A stretch of 64,000 nt of DNA from Opitutia bacterium (GTDB taxonomy: Bacteria; Verrucomicrobiota; Verrucomicrobiia; Opitutales; JABJCN01). The notes under the pieces were generated by a model. It was not told the origin of the DNA. It worked only from the letters and a program-made list of their open reading frames with translations, and did not search any database. The stretch spans positions 176 to 64,175 of the forward strand of contig JABJCN010000219.1 of the NCBI GenBank assembly GCA_018668635.1, read 5' to 3'. Numbering within the stretch: the first letter of the stretch is position 1; the number at the start of each line of letters is the position of its first letter. This document shows, piece after piece, positions 1 to 12,801 of the stretch. The translations under genes and the position numbers were made by a program.

Positions 1-1326
1 ATTGGAAACTTTCGCACGTTTCTTCTTCAGGATGTTTTCCGAAGGGTCATGGAAATGGAGGGGATCAATGTTCACCACGTTCGCAACCTGACAGATGTCG
101 ATGACAAGACCATTCGCCAGTCGCTTGCAGAAAATATGTCCCTTGCCGATTTCACGGAAATGTGGACCGTAAAGTTCCATGCAGACTGCGAGCAACTGAA
201 CATGCGCGCACCCCACGATGAACCGACGGCCACCGGGCATATCAAGGAACAAGTCGACCTTATTGAGCGGTTGATTGATGCAAACCATGCCTATGTGGCA
301 CAGGATGGTTCCGTATATTTTCGTATCACATCCTTTTCCGAGTATGGGCGACTCAGCAATCTAGACCAACGCGAGACACAGACACAGGCAACCTCCAGTT
401 CCGGCGATCGCAACGATGCTGATGAGTATGACCGAGAAACCGTTGCCGACTTTGCCCTCTGGAAAGCCCACAAGGAGGAGGATGGGGATAACGCATGGGA
501 CAGTCCCTGGGGACGAGGACGCCCAGGGTGGCATATCGAGTGCAGTGCCATGAGCATGAAATACCTGGGGGAAAGTTTCGACATCCATGGAGGAGGGATA
601 GACTTGTGCTTCCCCCACCATGAAAATGAAATCGCCCAGAGCGAGGCTGCCACGAAAAAGCCCTTTGCACGCCACTGGTTCCATTGCGCACATCTGATGG
701 TGGATGGCGGAAAGATGAGCAAAAGTCTGGGCAACCTGTACACTTTGGAGGATCTTGTCGCCAAAGGATACCCCGCGCAGGTAATTCGCTACCTTTTGAT
801 CTCCGGAAGCTACCGCCAGTCACTTAATTTCACATTCCAAGGTCTTCAGGCGGCCCAAAGCGGCATCCAGAAACTGGAAAAAACGGTGGCCAACCTTTGC
901 CAGTCTGCAGAGATAAATAAGAATGAGTTTAGAGGCCTGTCAAAAAAAGCACCGAATGGCGAGATGGAGTTCTTTCAAAAATCAAGGGAGGACCTTTGCC
1001 ATGACCTAAACACATCAGCCTGCCTTGGTAATATTTTCTCAACCTTAAAGAAACTTTCGATAGAAACGCCAGACAAAGCCCCGCTTCGAACTGCACTTGA
1101 GGAACTGGCAACGATCCTCGAGGCCCTTGGGATTCAGCTAATTTTCGAAAAAGAAGATGGGGACAAAGACGATATCCCGCCTGAGGTAAATGAACTTGCA
1201 GAAAAACGCTGGCAGGCCAAGCAGGATAAGGACTGGGAGGCCGCTGACCAATTGCGCGATGAACTACAACATAAGGGATGGAAGATCCTCGACCACAAGG
1301 ATGGTTATGATCTTGAAAAGGCCTAA
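1..1326 (+). CDS. cysS: cysteinyl-tRNA synthetase, 5' end outside window
   Basis: Frame 1 is open from base 1 (IGNFRTFLLQDVFRRV precedes the first Met at 49). Class I KMSKS loop (KMSKSLGN) and HIECS motif are present, followed by a helical C-terminal domain. Confidence 0.95.
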   Translation: MGNFRTFLLQDVFRRVMEMEGINVHHVRNLTDVDDKTIRQSLAENMSLADFTEMWTVKFHADCEQLNMRAPHDEPTATGHIKEQVDLIERLIDANHAYVAQDGSVYFRITSFSEYGRLSNLDQRETQTQATSSSGDRNDADEYDRETVADFALWKAHKEEDGDNAWDSPWGRGRPGWHIECSAMSMKYLGESFDIHGGGIDLCFPHHENEIAQSEAATKKPFARHWFHCAHLMVDGGKMSKSLGNLYTLEDLVAKGYPAQVIRYLLISGSYRQSLNFTFQGLQAAQSGIQKLEKTVANLCQSAEINKNEFRGLSKKAPNGEMEFFQKSREDLCHDLNTSACLGNIFSTLKKLSIETPDKAPLRTALEELATILEALGIQLIFEKEDGDKDDIPPEVNELAEKRWQAKQDKDWEAADQLRDELQHKGWKILDHKDGYDLEKA

Positions 1327-1388
1327 GGAGTCTTCCTCCTCCCCTTTTTACTTGTCTTCAGGCGTCACTTTCAAATAACCGCAGTTCC

Positions 1389-3230
<1,842 letters not shown>

Positions 3231-3237
3231 GACTAGA

Positions 3238-3585
3238 ATGCCATTCCTTAATATCACCAGCAACGCGGACATTTCGCCGGAGGATATTGATTCTCTCCTT
3301 CGAGAAGGTGCGGCCATTTGCTGTGAGGTTCTCGGCAAACCTGCTGATTACATGCAAACCGCATTTAATACGGCCACCGACATGAATATGGGTTCCCGTC
3401 AAGGCCAGTTTGCCTTTGGGGAAGTCCGATCAATTGGACTGCCCGGGGATTCAATCCAACTGCTTTCCGAGCAACTATCCACTCTTCTAGCGGAAAGGCT
3501 TCAAGTCCCGAAGGGAAACATCTATCTCGTCTTTCAGGACATACCTGCTGATAAATGGGCCTGGGACGGCAAAACCTTCGGGTAG
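3238..3585 (+). CDS. MIF / D-dopachrome tautomerase family protein (tautomerase superfamily)
   Basis: The internal ATG at 3238 gives a 115-aa product starting MPFLNITSN, with Pro directly after Met. It aligns by eye along its length with mammalian MIF (LLAERL..., C-terminal W.W...TF). The longer ORF from 3100 overlaps the thrS 3' end. Confidence 0.75.
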   Translation: MPFLNITSNADISPEDIDSLLREGAAICCEVLGKPADYMQTAFNTATDMNMGSRQGQFAFGEVRSIGLPGDSIQLLSEQLSTLLAERLQVPKGNIYLVFQDIPADKWAWDGKTFG

Positions 3586-3640
3586 TCTTGCCATCGACCC
3601 CACATTAATCGTAGGGTCTTCCTGAAACAACTGCACCAAC

Positions 3641-5461
3641 ATGGACTGGGAAATCATATTTGTGATACTCCTGCTGATTCTGGCTCTAACCAGTTTCATC
3701 ATGGAGAAAATCCCGCCGGATCTCACGGCATTAAGTGTGTTTGCAATCCTAATCCTGGCACAAGGAGTCACACACTCAACGCTCCTGCCAAGTCTGCCAG
3801 ACATGTTTCAAGTGTTTACAAATTCCGCCCCAATAACCATTGGTGCAATGTTTATACTTAGTGCCGCTGTACAAAACTGTGGTGTGGTGGATACCCTCTC
3901 CGCTCTTTTGGAAAAAGTGGCCAAGGTTGGCTACACCGGATTCCTCCTGATCATGATGCTTCTAATCGCAGGGATTTCAGGTTTTGTGAACAATACACCG
4001 GTCGTGGTCATCCTTCTTCCAGTAATCATTACGCTGGCCCGCAAGATTGACCAACCAGCCTCCAAACTACTGATTCCCCTTTCCTATGCATCCATTCTAG
4101 GTGGAACCTGCACCCTCATCGGAACCAGCACCAACATCCTTGCCAGTAGTATTATAACCGAGCAAGGACAGGAACCAATCCGTATGTTTGAACTGGCCAA
4201 AGTTGGCCTGCCGCTCCTCGGGGTCGGCATTGTCTACCTTGTGATTTTCGGAAAAAAACTACTCCCCGTTCGAGAAACCCTCACAACCATGCTATCAGAG
4301 GATCAACGCAAGGAATTCCTCACCGAGGTTTTCGTGAAACCTGACGGGGAAATTATCGGGCAAAAAATCAAGGAAGCCGGACTGGACGGGAAACGTGGCA
4401 TTCGTGTCCTTGAGATTATTCGGCACGGGGTCTCCCTCTTTGGCGATATTCGAAGCACGCCACTGGAAGCGGGTGATCGGTTGATACTCAAATGTCGCCC
4501 ATCCGGGGTGGCGGAGGCTCGGGGGATGAAGGGAGTGGACCTGGTAAGCGAAGCTGGTGGACTTGAGCAAATCACAACAGATGAAGGAACCATGGTGGAA
4601 GGGGTGGTGGCGCCCAATTCAGAGCTTGTTGGTAGATCCATCCGTGAAATAAATTTTCGGCAGCGCTTTCGCACTGTGGTCATGGCAGTTCATAGACAGG
4701 GACGAAACATCAGCCAGAAATTGCGATCAATCAACCTCCGCCCCGGCGACACCCTACTTATGCTGGGAACACAGGACGCCATAGAAAACCTACGTTCCAG
4801 TGCCGATATCCTGCTACTCGACAAACCTCAGACACCGGCAGTCAGTCTCCGCAGGAAATTACCCGTGGTACTCTGCGTTCTCGCAGGGATAATAATTTGT
4901 AGCTCCTTTAACCTCATGCCCATTGCTGGATCTACCATCATTGGAGTGGCGATCCTATTCCTCACCGGTTGCATGAAACCCAAGGAAGGCTATGCAGCAG
5001 TGGACTGGGGGTTGCTTATCCTTATTTACGGTATGCTCGTCCTCGGGACAGCTCTTCAAAAAAGCGGGGCAACCGACCTTGTTGCAAATAGTCTCTCCGG
5101 ATTGGCCCGAGTGCTACCCTTTGAAGACGGATATATATCCGCAATCCTTATGCTCGCAGTATGCTATCTGGTGACTGCCATTCTGACTGAATTACTCTCC
5201 AACAATGCAACAGTTGTTGTCATGACGCCAATAGCGATTGGACTTGCAATGAGTCTCGAAGTCGACCCCAGGCCATTTATAATCGCCACATGCATAGCCG
5301 CATCTGCAAGCTTTTCAACACCGATCGGGTACCAGACCAATACTTATGTCTATAGTGTGGGCGGATACCGATTTGGAGACTTCATCAAGATTGGGCTCCC
5401 CCTAGCTCTCATTTACTTCATTGGAAGTATGTACCTGATCCCAAAGGTTTGGTCTTTTTAA
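3641..5461 (+). CDS. SLC13/DASS-type anion permease with two central TrkA-C (RCK_C) domains
   Basis: 606-aa multi-pass membrane protein. Two hydrophobic halves flank a ~170-aa soluble segment with duplicated TrkA-C-like motifs (GQKIKEAGL...LEAGDRLIL and GRSIREINFR...LRPGDTLLM). Confidence 0.8.
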   Translation: MDWEIIFVILLLILALTSFIMEKIPPDLTALSVFAILILAQGVTHSTLLPSLPDMFQVFTNSAPITIGAMFILSAAVQNCGVVDTLSALLEKVAKVGYTGFLLIMMLLIAGISGFVNNTPVVVILLPVIITLARKIDQPASKLLIPLSYASILGGTCTLIGTSTNILASSIITEQGQEPIRMFELAKVGLPLLGVGIVYLVIFGKKLLPVRETLTTMLSEDQRKEFLTEVFVKPDGEIIGQKIKEAGLDGKRGIRVLEIIRHGVSLFGDIRSTPLEAGDRLILKCRPSGVAEARGMKGVDLVSEAGGLEQITTDEGTMVEGVVAPNSELVGRSIREINFRQRFRTVVMAVHRQGRNISQKLRSINLRPGDTLLMLGTQDAIENLRSSADILLLDKPQTPAVSLRRKLPVVLCVLAGIIICSSFNLMPIAGSTIIGVAILFLTGCMKPKEGYAAVDWGLLILIYGMLVLGTALQKSGATDLVANSLSGLARVLPFEDGYISAILMLAVCYLVTAILTELLSNNATVVVMTPIAIGLAMSLEVDPRPFIIATCIAASASFSTPIGYQTNTYVYSVGGYRFGDFIKIGLPLALIYFIGSMYLIPKVWSF

Positions 5462-5623
5462 CCCTAAGGCCCATGATATTCCTCCTGTTGGAATCGTAGT
5501 TTTTCCTGCCAATCGACCTCTGGGTTTTCCTGCAAGGAAACCCATAAAAAGCAAGCTGACCTTATTGCCTTAATCAATTATTAAATTAATAAGAGAAAAA
5601 AATGATTGATTGCCCCATGCACC

Positions 5624-5653
5624 TTGACTTCCCCGTAGGGGAACCCTAAAAAT
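5624..5653 (+). promoter_or_regulatory. putative sigma70-type promoter upstream of gyrB
   Basis: TTGACT (5624-5629), a 17-nt spacer, then TAAAAAT (5647-5653), about 84 nt upstream of the gyrB ATG. The spacer contains the perfect inverted repeat TTCCCC-GTA-GGGGAA (5629-5643). This is a motif match only. Confidence 0.3.
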
Positions 5654-5708
5654 CATCATCTAGCTACTTTAATCGAATAACATCAGAAAAATACTTCCGA
5701 GAATTTAA

Positions 5709-8267
<2,559 letters not shown>

Positions 8268-8364
8268 CATCAACCGAGCATCTGTCACCCTTGATACAAT
8301 TTAAATAATATAAATCCAACGCGCAAAGCTGTTAAACAGCCTAGCCCACACCTCAAAAGCACAA

Positions 8365-11121
8365 ATGGTCGACGACGACACTCCAAACACTCCCGAAGAC
8401 GAAGAAACTCCAGAGTCACCTGAAGCATCAGAAGAAGGTGGTGAATCTCCAGAGGACGCTCCGCCGGACGAAGCAACAGCGGGCGGAGGGAATGAACCTC
8501 CATCAAATGAAGACCCACCTGCCAGCGACGAAAATGAGGATGGCGAAGAAGAGGACGATGAGACCGCTGATATTCTTGAGCGACTGATCCCCACGAACAT
8601 TACAGAGGTGATGCAGACCGCCTACATTGACTACTCAATGTCTGTGATTATAAGCCGTGCACTGCCTGATGCACGTGATGGGTTCAAGCCAGTACAACGT
8701 CGTATACTCTACGCAATGCTCCGCGAGGGGCTCGTTCATAATCGTAATTTCGATAAATGCGCCGGCGTCGTTGGGGAAGTCCTGAAAAATTATCACCCTC
8801 ACGGAGACGCTTCCGTATACGACACCCTTGTCCGCCTCGCCCAGCCATGGGTCATGCGCTACCCGCTTATCGAGGGGCAAGGAAACTTCGGATCAATCGA
8901 TGGAGACCCCGCTGCCGCCTATCGGTATACCGAGTGTCGCCTCTTCCCGATCGCGGAGGAGATGTTACGCAATATTGACGAGGATACTGTTGACTATGTC
9001 CCCAACTATAAGGAAAGCACAACAGAACCCTCGGTGCTCCCGGCCTCCGTCCCCAACCTTTTAATAAACGGCTCGACAGGCATTGCCGTGGGAATGACCA
9101 CCAATATTCCACCGCACAACCTTAGTGAGGTTATAGATGCAACCTGCGCCATAATTGACAATCCCAGTATCTCTCTCGATGAACTCATCGAGATTATTCC
9201 CGGCCCCGATTTCCCGACCGGCGGGACAGTTGGAGGAAAACAGGAAATTGAAAAATACCTAAAGACCGGGCGCGGAATCCTTCGGACCCGTGGAACCTGT
9301 GAAATAGAAGAGCTTCCCAACGACAAAGAGCAAATCATTATTACGGAGACTCCTTACAATGTGAACCGTGCGACTCTCGTGACTAAGATCGCATATCTCG
9401 TCAATCAAAAGGAAATTGAAGGAGTGTCTGATCTTCGCGATGAATCGGATGAAAATACCCGCATCGTCGTAGAGTTAAAACGCGGTGAAATACCACGAGT
9501 AATAATAAACCAGCTCTACAAAATGACCCAGCTTGAGAGCTCCTTTGGCGTGATACTGCTAGCGCTAGACAAGCGACGTCCGAAGCAGATGAACATAAAG
9601 GAAATTATCCAATGTTACATCGAGCATAGGCGCGAGGTCATCTTTAGGCGTACCCAATTCCAACTGAAAAAAGCGGAGGATCGTGCACACATTCTGGAAG
9701 GCTATCTGCTGGCGCTCGATAATCTTGATGAAATCGTAAAAATCATACGAGCATCGCAGAATAGGGATGATGCCCGCACACGGTTGATGGAAAGATTTCC
9801 TTTCTCAGAGCGCCAAACCAATGCAATTCTTGATCTTCGCCTCTACCAGTTGACGGGGCTTGAACGCGAAAAGATCGAGGGGGAATACGAAGAACTTCAG
9901 AAACTCATCGCCCGACTTCGTGAAATCCTTGAAAACGAAGGAGAGCTACTAGGCGTCATCAAGACCGAACTGAAAGCAATCCAAGACAAATATGGGACTG
10001 CACGACGATCGATCGTCTCTGAGCATGAAAACCTTAGCATGGAGGACCTCATACCGCGTGAGGCCTGCCTCATCACCGTCACTCACAATGGATTTATTAA
10101 ACGCACATCAATTGATGAATTTCGCGCACAGAAACGTGGCGGTGTTGGAGTCAAGGGAGCCGGTCAGTATGAGGACGATTTCATTGAGCAAATTTTTAGT
10201 GCATCGACCCATGACTTCATTCTCTTTTTCATGAATAATGGTCGCCTCTATGTACAAAAAGTGTACGATATTCCAGAAGGCAGCCGGATCTCAAAGGGAC
10301 GCGCGATTAATAATCTTCTGGAAATTCAGAAAGGTGAAAAAATCGCTGCCATGATCTGCGTGGAAGCCTTTGAGGAGGACGGTACTCGCTTGGTATTTTG
10401 TACCAAGAAAGGCATTGTAAAGAAAACCTCCCTTTTCGATTACAAGAACTTCCGCCGGATGGGGACCAAGGGAATCAATATTGATGAAGATGATGAACTC
10501 CTCACAGTAAGACGCACACGGGGAGACGACAGCCTCATCATTGTGACCCGAAGCGGCCAGTCAGTCCGCTTCCATGAAGACGATCTTCGGAAACAAGGTC
10601 GTGTTACTCGAGGAGTCATTGGAATCCGATTCAAGGGTAAAGATGAGGTAAAGGCCATGGAGGTCGTTGACCCCGAAAGCACTCTTCTCATGGCCGGCAC
10701 AAACGGCATGGGAAAGCGAACTGTCTTCGATGAATATCGCATTCAGAAACGTGGGGGAACAGGAATCATTGCAATGAAAACCCGTATTGTGGCGGGGGCT
10801 CTGAATGTGACTGATGATGATGAAATCATGATGTTTACGAAGTCCGGGCAAGCCGTGCGCTCACCCGTCAAGGATGTTCGGGTAATTGGCCGGACGACTC
10901 AGGGAGTGCGTCTTATCAATCTTCGTGAAGGTGACCGCCTAATTGGAATCTCCAAGGTTCTCGACATAAAAGACGAGGATGAGGAACCCAATGAGGACGA
11001 AGATGGCACAGAACAGGTGGAAGACACGGATTCTGCAAGTAATGAAGAAAACATTGGAGAGCCCAAAGAATCTGAGGATACCGCGGAAGAAACTCAAGAA
11101 CCGGAGGATACCGAAAAGTAA
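8365..11121 (+). CDS. gyrA: DNA gyrase subunit A (acidic N- and C-terminal extensions)
   Basis: 918 aa. Contains DGFKPVQRRILY, HPHGD, the catalytic Tyr context AAAYRYTECRL, and a GyrA-box-like QKRGGVGVKG in the C-terminal pinwheel. The core is preceded by ~70 acidic residues, and the true start was not verifiable. Confidence 0.92.
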   Translation: MVDDDTPNTPEDEETPESPEASEEGGESPEDAPPDEATAGGGNEPPSNEDPPASDENEDGEEEDDETADILERLIPTNITEVMQTAYIDYSMSVIISRALPDARDGFKPVQRRILYAMLREGLVHNRNFDKCAGVVGEVLKNYHPHGDASVYDTLVRLAQPWVMRYPLIEGQGNFGSIDGDPAAAYRYTECRLFPIAEEMLRNIDEDTVDYVPNYKESTTEPSVLPASVPNLLINGSTGIAVGMTTNIPPHNLSEVIDATCAIIDNPSISLDELIEIIPGPDFPTGGTVGGKQEIEKYLKTGRGILRTRGTCEIEELPNDKEQIIITETPYNVNRATLVTKIAYLVNQKEIEGVSDLRDESDENTRIVVELKRGEIPRVIINQLYKMTQLESSFGVILLALDKRRPKQMNIKEIIQCYIEHRREVIFRRTQFQLKKAEDRAHILEGYLLALDNLDEIVKIIRASQNRDDARTRLMERFPFSERQTNAILDLRLYQLTGLEREKIEGEYEELQKLIARLREILENEGELLGVIKTELKAIQDKYGTARRSIVSEHENLSMEDLIPREACLITVTHNGFIKRTSIDEFRAQKRGGVGVKGAGQYEDDFIEQIFSASTHDFILFFMNNGRLYVQKVYDIPEGSRISKGRAINNLLEIQKGEKIAAMICVEAFEEDGTRLVFCTKKGIVKKTSLFDYKNFRRMGTKGINIDEDDELLTVRRTRGDDSLIIVTRSGQSVRFHEDDLRKQGRVTRGVIGIRFKGKDEVKAMEVVDPESTLLMAGTNGMGKRTVFDEYRIQKRGGTGIIAMKTRIVAGALNVTDDDEIMMFTKSGQAVRSPVKDVRVIGRTTQGVRLINLREGDRLIGISKVLDIKDEDEEPNEDEDGTEQVEDTDSASNEENIGEPKESEDTAEETQEPEDTEK

Positions 11122-11195
11122 TATCTCCCAGCAAAGGTTTGGGAGGCCTACTTCTCCCGACAATTCATTCACCTAAAAAATATTTAGGAGGCTAT

Positions 11196-11879
11196 TCAGA
11201 ACAACTTTGCTTGGCGAGCATCTTGCTTCTTCCTTGACCCTGCAATGCTCTGCGTTAGCAACCAAGGAAGTGTGAGATGGGACTCCAATTCTTGATAGCT
11301 TTGGAGATTTAACAGCAATACTGCAGAAGCGATGGCATCGAATAGCGCGGCATGAAACTGCCGGCGAGAAGGGGGACAAAAACGCTCTGCCAATTGTTCC
11401 ACCTCCGGCAAAAGATTGAAGGTCGAAATTAACTTTCCCAAACCATAGCTTTCAAGTTTTGGAAACAAGTTTGAATAGAGTTCTTTGGTGTCCAACCATG
11501 GGCCCCATTCAGCAATCGACTGCCCAGGGTGAAGGAAATCTGGTGCCATCCGGGGATGGGACCAAGTTCTTTTCAACAAGTTCTCCTCAACGGATGCATG
11601 ATGAGCGCAGAGGGGGCCAGACTGCCTGAGTCCGATAAAATAATCCCAATATGCTTTCAACGGCTCGGCATCGGCCACATCCTCATTTACGATCCCATGA
11701 AGTTCCATCTCCCTGCGAGGAATTCGCCCTTGGGGTTTACAGAATTCCGAACGCGCCTCGACGACCTCACCTCCCTTCACTGTAGCCAACCCGAATTCAA
11801 CAACGCCAGAGTAGCCATTGCCTTCAAAATCCAGAATGTGAATGGGAACATCCATCCAGTTTTCATGAAAATCGGACAT
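11196..11879 (-). CDS. DnaQ-like DEDDh 3'-5' exonuclease
   Basis: Exo I ILDFEGNG, Exo II-like AHHASVEENLL, Exo III HAALFDAIASA (H-x4-D). The track ORF begins at a TTG (11930) that would overlap the divergent gene. I prefer the ATG at 11879 (MSDFHENW). Confidence 0.7.
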   Translation of the reverse strand: MSDFHENWMDVPIHILDFEGNGYSGVVEFGLATVKGGEVVEARSEFCKPQGRIPRREMELHGIVNEDVADAEPLKAYWDYFIGLRQSGPLCAHHASVEENLLKRTWSHPRMAPDFLHPGQSIAEWGPWLDTKELYSNLFPKLESYGLGKLISTFNLLPEVEQLAERFCPPSRRQFHAALFDAIASAVLLLNLQSYQELESHLTLPWLLTQSIAGSRKKQDARQAKLF

Positions 11880-11923
11880 TAGGAGGCTTTCAGGCTGGAT
11901 TTTTAAATTAATAAGGTTAACTG

Positions 11924-12709
11924 GTGACAATGCAAATGGGCATATTTGTCAACTTCCTCAATGAACTGCTTGATACAAGTCGAGAAATTATTTGCCCCTA
12001 CTTCACTGATCCGAACCTTCAGGTGGAGACCAAGAAAGATGAAACCCCAGTCACTATCGCTGACCGGGAGACCGAACGTGCCCTACGTACAAAAATTAGC
12101 AAAAAATTCCCTGACCATGGCATCATCGGGGAGGAATTTGGAAATGAAAGGGAGGATGCCGAATACGTCTGGGTACTGGATCCCATTGATGGAACAAAAT
12201 CTTTTATCTCAGGAGTGCCACTATTCGGCACTCTAATAGGTCTGCTGAAAGATGGGGTCCCGATACTTGGGGCAATCGATCAGCCAATACTGAGACAACG
12301 TATGACAGGAGACGGGGAGCAAACCTTGCTGAATGGCAATCCCGTAGATATCCGAAATACGGACACTCTTGCCGAGGCCACACTCCTCTCCACGGACCCA
12401 CTGGAACCAGGCAGGACTTGGAATCAAGCTTCATGGATGAACTTGACCAATCGTGTTCGCTTATACAGAACATGGGGAGACTGTTACGGATACCTGCTCC
12501 TTGCCGCAGGGAAATGCGACATCATGATTGATCCCATAGTGTCAAAATGGGACTTCCTCCCTGTTATCCCGATCATTCGGGGTGCTGGAGGGATTATAAC
12601 CGACTGGACTGGGGAAGATCCCATCCAGGGGAGCTCAATTGTTGCGTCTTCGCCACGTATCCACGCTGAAATTATTCAAATTCTCAATCAGGACATTCCA
12701 GAGAATTAA
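11924..12709 (+). CDS. hisN: inositol monophosphatase-family protein, probable histidinol-phosphate phosphatase (HisN-type)
   Basis: IMPase motifs [23 protein letters not shown] and [15 protein letters not shown]. The overall pattern matches my recollection of HisN-type enzymes. The window's hisB lacks a phosphatase domain. The start is uncertain: GTG 11924, ATG 11930 or ATG 11936. Confidence 0.65.
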   Translation: MTMQMGIFVNFLNELLDTSREIICPYFTDPNLQVETKKDETPVTIADRETERALRTKISKKFPDHGIIGEEFGNEREDAEYVWVLDPIDGTKSFISGVPLFGTLIGLLKDGVPILGAIDQPILRQRMTGDGEQTLLNGNPVDIRNTDTLAEATLLSTDPLEPGRTWNQASWMNLTNRVRLYRTWGDCYGYLLLAAGKCDIMIDPIVSKWDFLPVIPIIRGAGGIITDWTGEDPIQGSSIVASSPRIHAEIIQILNQDIPEN

Positions 12710-12801
12710 TCACCTTATCATTATGTTCAGTCATAATTTCTAATGCTTGGCTTGCGATTTGTATTGAAACATTCGTCAATTTTCATCAAATAGATGTCCC
12801 C

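Noticed and set aside
5540-5620. AT-rich stretch upstream of gyrB as a possible replication origin
   Set aside because: I found no DnaA-box-like TTATCCACA/TGTGGATAA motifs by eye, and no dnaA, dnaN or recF neighbours. It is more simply a promoter/UP region.
8285-8600. Two - strand ORFs (77 and 99 aa) antisense to the gyrA 5' acidic region
   Set aside because: Their low-complexity Ser/Pro-rich translations mirror the acidic coding strand. There is no independent support.
11122-11195. Short hairpins (CTCCCA...TGGGAG and CCTAAA...TTTAGG) between convergent gyrA and the exonuclease gene, as a bidirectional terminator
   Set aside because: The stems are only 6 bp, AT-rich or without flanking T-runs, so they are not convincing intrinsic terminators.
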